Below, in pieces: positions 17,078-26,664 of a stretch of 64,000 bases of DNA. The stretch is taken from IMG/VR virus record IMGVR_UViG_3300033273_000208, positions 1 through 64,000 of that record; one strand, given 5' to 3'. Under the pieces are notes generated by a model, which had not been told where the DNA came from, ran no database searches, and saw only the letters and a list, made by a program, of their open reading frames with translations. Source of the stretch: a virus. The number at the start of each line of letters is the position of its first letter. Within the stretch, counting starts at the first letter, position 1. The translations under genes were made by a program, and so were the position numbers.

Positions 17078-17722
17078 ATGACTAATCCACTCTCCGACAA
17101 TCTCACTGAAGAGGTATTACATAAGAACCAAACATTTGCCTGTTTTCCACAAGCAATCTCCGCATTTGATGTTCCCGATCATTCAAACATCAAACAACAA
17201 ATCCTCTCTTGGATGAGAACAAAGGAACTCGTTCCTGAACACTCAAGGAGAATGATTTCCCACAATGTTGTTACTGTAGGCAATGACAATGAACTGCTCA
17301 ATGAGAATCCTAATCTCAAAGAAATCTTCCTCAATCTTGTCAACAAACACAATGAAGATGCATGGGCATATTCATCAAGATTTGACATACAAGAATCCTA
17401 CTTAGAGGTAGCATCCCAAGGTGCAATCTATGCTCCTCATGAACATTCAAACGCCCTCTATTCTGCCACCTATTTTCTCAACTTTGATAAGAAATCTCAT
17501 TCCCCACTCAAGTTCAGACGACACATTGTTTCATCTCATTTCCCTGTATTGCAGATCGAATGTAGTACACAAACAGCATTCAATCAACCCGATTGCTATG
17601 TACCACATGAAGAAGGAACATTGTTAATCTATCCACCTAATCTGACTCATGGATATGAATCAAATCTAGCAGACAATCGTATCACTTTCTCATTCAATGT
17701 TGTCCCGATAGGAGTGAACTAA
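17078..17722 (+). CDS. 2OG-Fe(II) oxygenase, TIGR02466-like
   Basis: CFPQAI, PHEHSNA, SATYF, YPPNLTHG, RITFSFN. Confidence 0.85.
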   Translation: MTNPLSDNLTEEVLHKNQTFACFPQAISAFDVPDHSNIKQQILSWMRTKELVPEHSRRMISHNVVTVGNDNELLNENPNLKEIFLNLVNKHNEDAWAYSSRFDIQESYLEVASQGAIYAPHEHSNALYSATYFLNFDKKSHSPLKFRRHIVSSHFPVLQIECSTQTAFNQPDCYVPHEEGTLLIYPPNLTHGYESNLADNRITFSFNVVPIGVN

Positions 17723-17733
17723 GAGACGCGCAG

Positions 17734-17768
17734 TTTTCCACAACTTTTTCCACATATCCTGTGGAAAA
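17734..17768. repeat. Cluster of three TTTTCCACA (DnaA-box type) 9-mers
   Basis: TTTTCCACA 17734-17742 and 17746-17754, inverted TGTGGAAAA 17760-17768; further copies 17143-17151 and 18079-18087. Confidence 0.75.
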
Positions 17769-17915
17769 CTGTGTATTTTAGAAATGCTTCAAAAAACATA
17801 CATTAGTGCTCTATAGTTCGTGTTAATGTGTGTGGTTATTGTTGCCTCGGACTGTAACACATTGACAGCGAGTTGGCAACACTCCCAGGACATTTCTGAA
17901 ACCCTCACAAACCCC

Positions 17916-17944
17916 TTGACAATACTCAAAAAATCATACATAAT
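17916..17944 (+). promoter_or_regulatory. Sigma70-type promoter
   Basis: TTGACA-N17-CATAAT upstream of ATG 17983. Confidence 0.75.
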
Positions 17945-17982
17945 AGCAGAGTCCTTCACTAACACTTTCATTCACTAATCTC

Positions 17983-18162
17983 ATGGGTCGTACGTACAAG
18001 AAGAACGACATTCACAACACTCGCCGTCCCAAATCTATTCGAGAGAAGCGTAACTGGGGCAACAAAGATAGGCGAGAGTTTTCCACAGATTCCACCGATA
18101 CATATTCGGATAAGTATCGCAAACACTTCACCACTTCTGATGACTATTACGAGGCAGATTGA
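17983..18162 (+). CDS. Small basic hypothetical protein (59 aa)
   Basis: MGRTYKKNDIHNTRRPKSIREKR...*. Confidence 0.6.
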   Translation: MGRTYKKNDIHNTRRPKSIREKRNWGNKDRREFSTDSTDTYSDKYRKHFTTSDDYYEAD

Positions 18163-18293
18163 TGGATGATTTCGATGCACAAGACTGGATTGATTACATG
18201 CTCTCCGATGATGATGAGATCACCGAAGATATCGATCTCGATGATGCTATGATGCCCGAGTTTGCCCATGATTGCCGAGGAGATTGGAGTTGA
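18162..18293 (+). CDS. Very acidic peptide (43 aa)
   Basis: MDDFDAQDWIDYMLSDDDEITEDIDLDDAMMPEFAHDCRGDWS*; TGATG coupling. Confidence 0.55.
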   Translation: MDDFDAQDWIDYMLSDDDEITEDIDLDDAMMPEFAHDCRGDWS

Positions 18294-18463
18294 AAACTAT
18301 CACTCTCAACACTAATCCTTCAGTGGATATTCTAATCTGGGAAGACCGCCGTAAACACTTCTGGCGATACGATTACGATGGTTGTCCTAAGTTTGGTCCA
18401 TTTCGTTCTTATGACTTAGCATTGCAAGATGCACTCTTTTACAGTAAACAATCCAATGCCTGA
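18290..18463 (+). CDS. Hypothetical protein
   Basis: ORF track 18272-18463; TTG 18290 with upstream GGAG. Confidence 0.5.
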   Translation: MKTITLNTNPSVDILIWEDRRKHFWRYDYDGCPKFGPFRSYDLALQDALFYSKQSNA

Positions 18464-18650
18464 AAAGTATCAACTATTGCTAGATCTTTACGACGCAGGA
18501 TCACTACCACCCGATGAACAGGTAGAGTTAGCACAGTTCCTGATTGATACGGGTTTGAGTGAGGAACTCGTACAGTACCAGAGATTCACTGACTACATGA
18601 TTGCAGAGGGTTTCTGTTATGATGTGAGTCTCGGTGAGTATCACATGTGA
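18456..18650 (+). CDS. Acidic hypothetical protein
   Basis: MPEKYQLLLDLYDAG...; ORF track 18429-18650. Confidence 0.6.
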   Translation: MPEKYQLLLDLYDAGSLPPDEQVELAQFLIDTGLSEELVQYQRFTDYMIAEGFCYDVSLGEYHM

Positions 18651-18990
18651 GTCACAGTTAGTATAACATAGGGGATGCAATCGTGTCCCCATTTCGCTAT
18701 ATTAAAAAGTACCTATTCGCTAACCTACAAAAGTATAGGATCGCCCTAGTGTTATCTCTCTCTAAAAATATTTCCAGGGGTTCTGAGACCCCCCAGACCC
18801 TCGCTACGACCCCCCGTGAGGAATGGTCGTATATCTTTCTATGCCTAAAAGAGATTGCAAATATCTTTCTACAAAATATTTTTCTCAGTGGTAAAAAGTT
18901 TCTCAGACCTGTGCGTGCTGACGTATACGTTTGGTTATATCACAAACACTGAGAAATCTATATACTGTTATACAAACTCAGGAGTATCAG

Positions 18991-19158
18991 ATGAGTAAGA
19001 GATATGTCTTAGAGGTCCAGGAAGGGGACGATGGTGAAGTATTTGTACAGTTACCTGATGAACTCCTAGAAGAGGCAGGATGGCGTGAAGGAGATACCTT
19101 AGAATACTCTGAGGACATCGATGGTACAATAATGCTCAAGAAGGTTGATGAGGAATGA
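18991..19158 (+). CDS. AbrB/MazE/SpoVT-like DNA-binding domain protein
   Basis: GEVFVQLPDELLEEAGWREGDTLEY...GTIMLKK; AGGAG RBS. Confidence 0.75.
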   Translation: MSKRYVLEVQEGDDGEVFVQLPDELLEEAGWREGDTLEYSEDIDGTIMLKKVDEE

Positions 19159-19202
19159 CTCTCGAAAACCGCGAAACCAAAAACCGCGTTTAACCCAACA
19201 TT

Positions 19203-19424
19203 ATGGACAACTTGAACGAAAACTTTAAGAACATTGCTGAAGCATTTAATCATACAAATGCTCGCTTACAGTTACTAGAGGAGGCGGTCTCCAAAATGCC
19301 ACCGCCAGGTCCAGCAATGATTCAGTACAAACCTCCTGGGTCGGAAGAGTATAAAAACCTAAAACAAGTCTTCGATGATCTCTATGACAGGATAAATACA
19401 ATCGAGACAGTTCTTGGTATTTAA
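19203..19424 (+). CDS. Hypothetical coiled-coil protein
   Basis: 73-aa ORF coupled to 19424. Confidence 0.65.
   Translation: MDNLNENFKNIAEAFNHTNARLQLLEEAVSKMPPPGPAMIQYKPPGSEEYKNLKQVFDDLYDRINTIETVLGI
19391..19398 (+). promoter_or_regulatory. T4-type late promoter (variant)
   Basis: GATAAATA upstream of 19424; consensus TATAAATA. Confidence 0.55.
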
Positions 19425-22400
19425 TGCCTGCCTATATTATTGAGACGGGAAGATCTTATCGTAATCCAATCGAGTCTAAAGACTTTGAGAAGCGTTGGAA
19501 TAGCGATGAGTATGAAGGCGTGCCTGATGGGTATCAGATCAAGTTCCTGGGTGCAGGTCCTGGGTCGTTACCCTTAGGCAAAGACAATGTGCACTACATT
19601 GGTGATGAAGAAGAAGTCTGCACCAACTGTGATAGTGATAGAAGAGAAGTATACAGACACTATCGCGGTACAGGTGGCAATGGATTTGATCATACCTATA
19701 CCATAGAGAACCGTATCCGTAAGGAGGATATGGCAGGTGAACGTGGTAAAGGTAAGGTAGCAAAGAAATATAACGCAGAACCTCGTTCTAACAGACCTGT
19801 GTTCTACGTATTGGAGTCTGCCTCTTCAGGTGGTACTCAGTTTTATCGTCATTACAACAACGATATCAACAATACAAAAATCTCGTCCAACAACTCTGAG
19901 GGTAGTGGATGGGAAAATACGGGCACTCTAGGGTACATACACACCACAGAGGCGGGTGCTGCTACTCATGGGGCAGACTATACCCCTCTGTATCATTATT
20001 ATGCAGGTGCACCGAAGTATGATGACTTCTATACTATCAATCCTGCAGGTGAAGTAAACCTCTCAGGCGGTCCTATACCCCCCAAGGAGGCGAGAAAGGG
20101 GGAGTATGTATACCAAGGCATCATCGGTTATGTATATACTGGTGGTTTTGGGTCACAGAAATCAAAGCAAGTTGTTGATATTGGTCTGATTGGACCGACT
20201 GGACAGTGTGTAGACAAGTCTGGTTGGTATCAATGGGCAGAGCCATGGTCATATTTCAGGTATAGATGGGGTAGACGAGGCGATACTGACTCCAGATTTG
20301 AGGGACCACCCAATATGAACGGGTGGGGAGACGCAGATTACGTCGAAGTTGCCGATCCAGAAGCAAACTTTGAGTGGGCATACGGTCTAAACGGCGCAAT
20401 CAAGGGTGCCGTTCCTCGATATCTGGGATTTGAGGACATGTACGACTCCCAGTTTGTCTATTATTTGTACGATACGTCGTATCCGTGGAACGGTCCTATC
20501 TTTGGAATCCAATATACACTGTCAGATGCGGGGTGTTGCCCTAACTCAACGTGTTCAGATGGACAAGATAGATCATATCCTTGCTGTATTCGCACCTATT
20601 CTTACCATTCTCACTTCTATCAGATCCGTCAGGACTCCTGGGAGACGACAAAATCAACTTTGACGCTCTCCGATATGTCCACACAGGGCGTAAATGAGTC
20701 GTTCTGGACAGTTGGCACGGATTCTAGACGCATTTTCTTCCGTTATACTAGCACAACTGGCGCATTTAGGCGTGGTGAATCGGTAAATGGGTGGACAATC
20801 ACGTCTGTTCGTTACTTTGGTGACGAAAATAAGGCGGGTTTTATGGATTTGGGTGAGACAGATGCGGAATCTGGTAACGGAAACCCCTTTACATACAACC
20901 AACAGATCACTTCTGCCGATGGAGGCACCGCAGTTGTGCTTGCTGGGTACGGTATTGGCGACAAATGTGCGTTCTTTGGCGTATATGAGTTCCCCAAGAA
21001 GATCACTTACTTCCAAGTTGAGATCGATCCTAACGCATTAGTCGCATCTAGGACGCTTGATGAGGCAAAACTGGAGGCAGTGATCAATGAAGCGGGTGAA
21101 CTAGCGCAAGTTAAGATCGTAAATGGTGGTTATGGATATCGTTTTGAGGATACTACCATCTCAGTTTCGTCTCCTGGCATCATGGAGGACTTCTCTCCTG
21201 GCGATTATGCGTCAGAAATGATGAATCAGACGCCTTTGGACAACAATCTGAGTAATGCAAAGGTTGCTGGTTACCCACAAGAGACAAATCAGGACTACGA
21301 TATGCAGATGCATAACGCAATCCAGAAAACTTCCAACACCTTAGCGCAGTCTGACGAAAAAACTGCAGGTAAAGCAGTCTACAATCGCGGCAAAACCGTC
21401 CTCCAGAAGCAAGCAAAGGTCATTGTAGAGGAGATGGACGCAAATGGAAGCATTCTCCGCGTTGCAATCACTGATCCTGGGTCGGGATACTCCCCAGATT
21501 TCCCTCCTTTGGTCGCAGTTGTGATTCCAGAGAAGGTATCACGTGGATTTGAAGGTCAAGATACCTCTGGATTTGACCCTGTGAACTCAGGTGCACTCAA
21601 AAATGTCAAGGATCTGGTCGGAAACGACGGTGGATTCGACTTAGAGAGCGTATTGAGCGAAGGTTTTAGCAAAATCGAAGAAGGATTGAGCGTAGAAATA
21701 CCTCAAGGTTACATGAAAGTGACCGATGTGCACAAATCTGACAAGACTGTGCTCTGCCAAGACCTTCCTGCGACTTGTTTAGACCTCGTTATGCCTGGTG
21801 TGGTGTCTGATGCACTTCCAACAGAGGAATCTTTCAGGGAAGTACGCAAAGTTTCGGATGGAATCAACGATTATTTGAATGGTCCCTTCTCTCAAGCACG
21901 ACAAGCAGCGCAGGAATCGGACCAAAGGTCTGCGGCACTGTCTGGTGTCTATGGTTGGAACGGTGGAAAGGCGTGTATTGAGATCCCCCAACCCAAAACT
22001 TACGCTGTAAGTCGTTTCTTTGACATGCCTTGCTCCTACAGGGGCACTTCTAACCCACTCAGTCCACTGGAAGACCCCAAACCTGTGGCATTTGGGTGGG
22101 TTGTACACAAATATTGTGCCTCTGAGGCAGAAGATGCCACATTCAAGGTTTCAATGCGGTTAGAGGGGCATACAGTGGGGTCTCAGGGGCAAGATTTTAT
22201 GGACTTCCTGCGAGATAAAATGCCTGCAGCGAAGTTGACACCCACTAGAAAGGTTTCTGGACTCGCAAAGACCCATCCTTGCTTCCGTGGAGGCATTCAG
22301 GGACGCTGTTACCGAGATCCCAATGGTCCTGGTTACGTTTTTGTGCCCATTGGACTGGATGAGAACACATTTGACTACAACAGATCGAGTTTTACTGAGT

Positions 22401-22951
22401 TTGAGCAGTTCCAACTTTGGTTGCATGACAATATTGCGACTTATACACCCAACTTCTTGGTCGGACCTTGGACTTGGAGTTTTACAAACGAAGATCCAGA
22501 AACGGGCGAGGAAACAACAGAAGAGTTTAGCGATTCCACCACCATTACTGCGATTGCAGCAGAACCTTGGGTGAATGGTGCGCCGCCAAACGAATGTTGG
22601 GATACTTATGTGCGTGGTGTTACTGCCTCAGATGGTCCTTTGGACGTTTTCTGCGGATGGGACGCCAACGGACAACCTATTGCGGGTACTACATATGATC
22701 AAGTACCCGAACTCATGAGTGTCTGTGCGGCTCTTGAGAATGTCAACGATGTTTCTATTGCAGTACAACCAGGCAGAATGCAGGGTGGTAACCCAAGTAT
22801 GGTCTTAGGACCATATGTCGGTCAGATGAAAGTACGGAACTACCTAACAGGTGCGACCATTGTTTATTCCAAGGCAGTTCAGTATTTGAGCAATCCATAC
22901 TTCAGTGAATGTGACGTTGACATCCAAAGCGTTATTGGAGCTGGATTCTAA
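19424..22951 (+). CDS. Virion structural protein (baseplate/tail associated)
   Basis: 1175 aa; N-terminal aromatic repeats (VYRHY..DHTYT; LYHYY..DDFYT), GGYGY/PGSGY units, start of late module. Confidence 0.65.
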   Translation: MPAYIIETGRSYRNPIESKDFEKRWNSDEYEGVPDGYQIKFLGAGPGSLPLGKDNVHYIGDEEEVCTNCDSDRREVYRHYRGTGGNGFDHTYTIENRIRKEDMAGERGKGKVAKKYNAEPRSNRPVFYVLESASSGGTQFYRHYNNDINNTKISSNNSEGSGWENTGTLGYIHTTEAGAATHGADYTPLYHYYAGAPKYDDFYTINPAGEVNLSGGPIPPKEARKGEYVYQGIIGYVYTGGFGSQKSKQVVDIGLIGPTGQCVDKSGWYQWAEPWSYFRYRWGRRGDTDSRFEGPPNMNGWGDADYVEVADPEANFEWAYGLNGAIKGAVPRYLGFEDMYDSQFVYYLYDTSYPWNGPIFGIQYTLSDAGCCPNSTCSDGQDRSYPCCIRTYSYHSHFYQIRQDSWETTKSTLTLSDMSTQGVNESFWTVGTDSRRIFFRYTSTTGAFRRGESVNGWTITSVRYFGDENKAGFMDLGETDAESGNGNPFTYNQQITSADGGTAVVLAGYGIGDKCAFFGVYEFPKKITYFQVEIDPNALVASRTLDEAKLEAVINEAGELAQVKIVNGGYGYRFEDTTISVSSPGIMEDFSPGDYASEMMNQTPLDNNLSNAKVAGYPQETNQDYDMQMHNAIQKTSNTLAQSDEKTAGKAVYNRGKTVLQKQAKVIVEEMDANGSILRVAITDPGSGYSPDFPPLVAVVIPEKVSRGFEGQDTSGFDPVNSGALKNVKDLVGNDGGFDLESVLSEGFSKIEEGLSVEIPQGYMKVTDVHKSDKTVLCQDLPATCLDLVMPGVVSDALPTEESFREVRKVSDGINDYLNGPFSQARQAAQESDQRSAALSGVYGWNGGKACIEIPQPKTYAVSRFFDMPCSYRGTSNPLSPLEDPKPVAFGWVVHKYCASEAEDATFKVSMRLEGHTVGSQGQDFMDFLRDKMPAAKLTPTRKVSGLAKTHPCFRGGIQGRCYRDPNGPGYVFVPIGLDENTFDYNRSSFTEFEQFQLWLHDNIATYTPNFLVGPWTWSFTNEDPETGEETTEEFSDSTTITAIAAEPWVNGAPPNECWDTYVRGVTASDGPLDVFCGWDANGQPIAGTTYDQVPELMSVCAALENVNDVSIAVQPGRMQGGNPSMVLGPYVGQMKVRNYLTGATIVYSKAVQYLSNPYFSECDVDIQSVIGAGF

Positions 22952-23484
22952 TGGCATATGGATTTCTAAAACCTGTCGCAGCGCATAATGCACTGCCTTG
23001 TAGTGGTCACGGTCTCTGTTTGCCACCCACCATTCACTCGGTTCAGTGGTGTGGCACTCCGCCGATCCCATATACAATCAAAGTCAAAGACTTTACTTGT
23101 TGGTGGCCACCATATCCATTGGTACCACTAACTGCTCTCAATCCACTGAGGGCAATGGTGCTTGTGCACTTTCTCCCGATCTATTTGTTGGGGGATACGT
23201 TCATTCCCCATTTCAGTACATGCACAAACATTGTTATATACTTATGCCCATGTGGAAACTCCATTTGTCCTAAACCAACACCTTTTGCTTGTTCAATCCT
23301 GACGATTGAGGATGCAGGTGGTATAGGACACCCAAGAGTTCTATTCACAACAACACTGACTGTGTTTGCATTGAAACTGCCAGTTGGCAGAATGCTCGAT
23401 CCCCTCGGAATCGGATTCCCTGGGTGGTCATATCCTTGCAGTTCTGTTGTTGCATGGGGATCTGCTACGGTCTGGTCGTCCTGA
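22951..23484 (+). CDS. PAAR-like spike tip protein (T4 gp5.4-like), Cys/His-rich
   Basis: CSGHG, HFSTC, GHPR, PVGRMLDPL, CSSVVAWGSATV; lies just upstream of gp25. Confidence 0.65.
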   Translation: MAYGFLKPVAAHNALPCSGHGLCLPPTIHSVQWCGTPPIPYTIKVKDFTCWWPPYPLVPLTALNPLRAMVLVHFLPIYLLGDTFIPHFSTCTNIVIYLCPCGNSICPKPTPFACSILTIEDAGGIGHPRVLFTTTLTVFALKLPVGRMLDPLGIGFPGWSYPCSSVVAWGSATVWSS

Positions 23485-23523
23485 TCGTGCTATAATATTC
23501 AAGTCCACTACACGACACACACT

Positions 23524-23673
23524 ATGCCTGCTAAAGCGAAAGTTGGTTCTTCTCGGGTTGTTTTCGAGTCGGGTCCTCCGAAGCGGACTCGTCAAGGTCG
23601 CAGTTCAAACACGAAACTGTCTGCCACCTCTCGTAATGGCGCTAAGAAGCGTTATCGGGGTCAAGGTAAGTAA
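23524..23673 (+). CDS. Small basic protein (KRYRGQGK C-terminus)
   Basis: MPAKAKVG...KRTRQG...KKRYRGQGK*; preceded by extended -10 TGCTATAAT at 23488-23496. Confidence 0.7.
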   Translation: MPAKAKVGSSRVVFESGPPKRTRQGRSSNTKLSATSRNGAKKRYRGQGK

Positions 23674-23867
23674 TGAGTAAAGTTAAAACTACACCCCAGT
23701 TGGTTGATGAGGCTAACTGGGGTCTTTTTCGGGCAACTATGAATCTGCCCGCCGCGGCCGAGCATTGTGGAATGTCACAGAGAGAAATGAAAATGACTTT
23801 CCGTGAGTTCCTTAAATACCATCATGAAGACTATGAGCATGTAACTCAACTGTTCTTCAACATTTAA
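23673..23867 (+). CDS. Small hypothetical protein, possible HTH
   Basis: MNLPAAAEHCGMSQREMK; TAATG coupling. Confidence 0.6.
   Translation: MSKVKTTPQLVDEANWGLFRATMNLPAAAEHCGMSQREMKMTFREFLKYHHEDYEHVTQLFFNI
23693..23729 (+). terminator. Putative intrinsic terminator
   Basis: ACCCCAGTTGGTT/GGCTAACTGGGGT stem followed by CTTTTT. Confidence 0.5.
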
Positions 23868-23917
23868 TCATAAAGGTCTCTCCCAAAGAGAGACCAAATA
23901 TGCACTGGGATTGGGGA

Positions 23918-23956
23918 GATAAATAACTTTGAGCGATAGCAACCGCTTAAAAAGTT
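23918..23956 (+). promoter_or_regulatory. Late promoter plus structured leader
   Basis: GATAAATA then AACTTT-GAGCG-ATAGCAAC-CGCTT-AA-AAAGTT; upstream hairpin GGTCTCTC/GAGAGACC 23875-23895. Confidence 0.5.
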
Positions 23957-23982
23957 CTGTTGATCCTTAAGCAAGAGAAACA

Positions 23983-24175
23983 GATGGCTAACAATCCGAT
24001 ACCTGACCATGTGCCTAGCATCATGGAGCAACAGTTTGGCACAAGGGTACTAATCACTGACCCAAAAGCTGATAAATATCTGAAGTTAGCACACAAAAAC
24101 GATCCGCCCAACGATCGTCTTTCAAAATGGTGTGGTGGTAAAAATGGGTTCGATGATTACGTTGAACGTCTCTAA
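23983..24175 (+). CDS. Hypothetical protein
   Basis: MANNPIPDH...; coupled to gp25. Confidence 0.65.
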
Positions 24176-24588
24176 TGCCCGCTTATAGATTTAGATCTGA
24201 AAAGTTCCTTAGTAGAGGGTACAAAGACCTTGCAGTTTCTTTCAAGGCAAATCCCAATACTAAGGATTTTAGTGTGGTTAAAAATGAGAACGCAATCAAA
24301 CAGTCCATCAGAAACCTGATGCTTACTGCGTTTGGTGAGCGTCCTTTCCAACCTGGGATTGGTTCTAGAATCAAAGGTCTTCTCTTTGAACCATTTGATG
24401 TGTTCTTGGCAGAAGAAATGAAGACAGAGATTAGAAACACTGTTGAAAGACTGGAACCAAGGGTCGAACTTCAGAATGTATTCATCCGCGAAAACCCCGA
24501 TGCTGGGGAACTCAATGTGACTATTGAATATATCATTATTGGTCAAACAATAACCCAAACTGTAGATTTCCTCCTAGAGGTCGCATAA
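24175..24588 (+). CDS. gp25: Baseplate wedge subunit / sheath initiator gp25
   Basis: AIKQSIRNL, GERPFQP.IGS, LEPRV. Confidence 0.93.
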   Translation: MPAYRFRSEKFLSRGYKDLAVSFKANPNTKDFSVVKNENAIKQSIRNLMLTAFGERPFQPGIGSRIKGLLFEPFDVFLAEEMKTEIRNTVERLEPRVELQNVFIRENPDAGELNVTIEYIIIGQTITQTVDFLLEVA

Positions 24589-24589
24589 C

Positions 24590-26659
24590 ATGCCAGCCGT
24601 ACCCTCTCAACTTACATCCCTTGATTTCTTTGAGATCAAGGAATCAATCAAGTCATATCTGAGAACTCGTGATGAGTTCAGCGATTATGATTTTGAGGGG
24701 TCGTCTGCCTCTTATCTGATTGATATCTTAGCATACAACACGTACTACTCTGCGTTCAATGCCAACATGGCGCTGAACGAGACTTTCCTTGAGTCGGCAA
24801 CTGTTAGAGATAACATTGTTCGTGTTGCTAAGCAACTTAACTACACCCCCAGATCGATCAAAGCAGCTAGAGCTTGTGTTCGTATCAACGTTCAAACCTC
24901 TGCTATTGGTTCTTCTACAAACTTCCCCGAAACCGTTACCCTTAGAAAGGGTGATGTGTTCGTTTCTAGAAACCTGACCGATACTTTCATCTTTGCGGTT
25001 AGGAGTGATGTTCAAGTTTCGGTAGATCCGCAAACTGGACTTGCTGAGTTTAGCAAAATCATCTTCTACCAAGGAAACCTACTCAACTTTGAGTATACCG
25101 TTGATGATACTAAAGATCAGGACTTCATCGTTCCTTCGGAGAACGTTGATACTGAACTCATCAGAGTCTTTGTACGTCCTAACGTACAGTCTCAAGAAAC
25201 TGACGAGTATTCCCCTGTTGGAAACGCTGTGAACCTCGACGGAGGAAGTCGTGTGTACTTCCTTGAGGAAGCAGATGACCTCAGATATAAGATTATCTTT
25301 GGAGATGGCGTCCTGGGGCGTAAACTGCTCAATGGTGAGGTTATTAACATTGAGTATATCCGCACTGCGGGTCCAGAAGCAAACGGTTGTACTGATTTTG
25401 CCTTTACTGGTCTGATTGTTGACTCTGAGGGTCGTCCTATTCCTCCTCAGAACATTATCATCACAACTATTGATGCTGCAACTGACGCTGAGGTCCGTGA
25501 ATCGCCTCTGAGCATCAAGTTCAATGCTCCTAGATCGTTTGCGACACAAAACCGTGCCGTAACCGAGTCTGACTATGAGTTCATCACCAAAAAGATCTAT
25601 CCCCAAGCGGCATCGGTCACTGCATATGGTGGTGAGAAGTTAAATCCGCCGATTTACGGAAAAGTGTACATCGCTATCCGTTCTAAGTCGGGTACAAGAC
25701 TGAATGCAACGACAAAAGCACAGATTAAGAACAATCTGCTTCCATATGCAATGGCGTCAATCGAGCCTGTCATTACAGACCCGACTTCGTTCTTCGTTGT
25801 TCCCAAATCTTGGGTATATTACGATGGAAACTGCGCTGTGAAGAGTTCTGCAGAACTGAAGACCGATCTTCTCCGCAGTATTGACAAATATAACGCTGCT
25901 GGCCAATCAAATCGCTTTGGTGGTCGTATTGAAGGTTCAAAATACAGCTCTATGCTGGATGCGACCAATCCCTGCATCTCTGGTAGCGTTACTCAACTCT
26001 CTTTGGGTCAAAATCTGGAAAACTTCACTTTCGGTACCGTATTTACCGAGTGTCTGGATTTTGGTAACCCCATTCATAACCCCAATGACCTGACAGGCAA
26101 TGATGGCGATGGTAATCAGTGTGCACCTGTCTTCTCATCCGTAAAATCGGGCGTATTCTACGCTACAGGATATACAGCAGATCTTGTAGACCTGATTGCT
26201 GGTGGAATCAGCACCACTCAGGTTGCGAATACAATCGTTAGTGTGGATCAAGAAACTCTCGTCCCCGTAAACATCAGGGACGATGGTAGAGGGTCATTGA
26301 TGCTCGTTACGACCAGAAACGAGAAAGAACTCATTTTGAATAGTAACGTTGGTACTGTGGATTATTCCTCAGGTATCGTCTGTGTTGGACCCATTGCTAT
26401 TGCAGGTACACCAGACGATACAGAACGCCTTCCTGTGTCGGTTAACCCCTATTCGTCTTCTATCGTCATTCCCCCTGGTGTGGATCCTGCAATCTTCAAT
26501 CCTGGTGTTTTCCCCATTGATTACAACACCAATAATAACGTGACATCGCCCTTCGATCCTAACAACTTCGACTCCTGGAACTACGGAACGACCGACATAA
26601 ATATCATTGATTATCCCACGGATACGTTTGTGTATCCTGAGTTCGAGTCTTGTTTCTAA
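24590..26659 (+). CDS. gp6: Baseplate wedge subunit gp6
   Basis: LDFFEIK, DYDFEGS, LAYNTYY, ETFLESA, QNRAVT..DY, YGKVYI. Confidence 0.93.
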   Translation: MPAVPSQLTSLDFFEIKESIKSYLRTRDEFSDYDFEGSSASYLIDILAYNTYYSAFNANMALNETFLESATVRDNIVRVAKQLNYTPRSIKAARACVRINVQTSAIGSSTNFPETVTLRKGDVFVSRNLTDTFIFAVRSDVQVSVDPQTGLAEFSKIIFYQGNLLNFEYTVDDTKDQDFIVPSENVDTELIRVFVRPNVQSQETDEYSPVGNAVNLDGGSRVYFLEEADDLRYKIIFGDGVLGRKLLNGEVINIEYIRTAGPEANGCTDFAFTGLIVDSEGRPIPPQNIIITTIDAATDAEVRESPLSIKFNAPRSFATQNRAVTESDYEFITKKIYPQAASVTAYGGEKLNPPIYGKVYIAIRSKSGTRLNATTKAQIKNNLLPYAMASIEPVITDPTSFFVVPKSWVYYDGNCAVKSSAELKTDLLRSIDKYNAAGQSNRFGGRIEGSKYSSMLDATNPCISGSVTQLSLGQNLENFTFGTVFTECLDFGNPIHNPNDLTGNDGDGNQCAPVFSSVKSGVFYATGYTADLVDLIAGGISTTQVANTIVSVDQETLVPVNIRDDGRGSLMLVTTRNEKELILNSNVGTVDYSSGIVCVGPIAIAGTPDDTERLPVSVNPYSSSIVIPPGVDPAIFNPGVFPIDYNTNNNVTSPFDPNNFDSWNYGTTDINIIDYPTDTFVYPEFESCF

Positions 26660-26664
26660 GATAA

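Noticed and set aside
18683-18952. 89-aa ORF in the junction spacer
   Set aside because: No RBS, atypical composition, and it overlaps hairpins and A/T tracts; probably spurious.
18991-19424. AbrB/MazE-like gene as a toxin-antitoxin pair
   Set aside because: The downstream ORF shows no MazF, PIN or RelE features.
23384-23680. 98-aa ORF from the track
   Set aside because: It overlaps the PAAR-like gene and a better-supported 49-aa ORF (23524-23673) with its own promoter.
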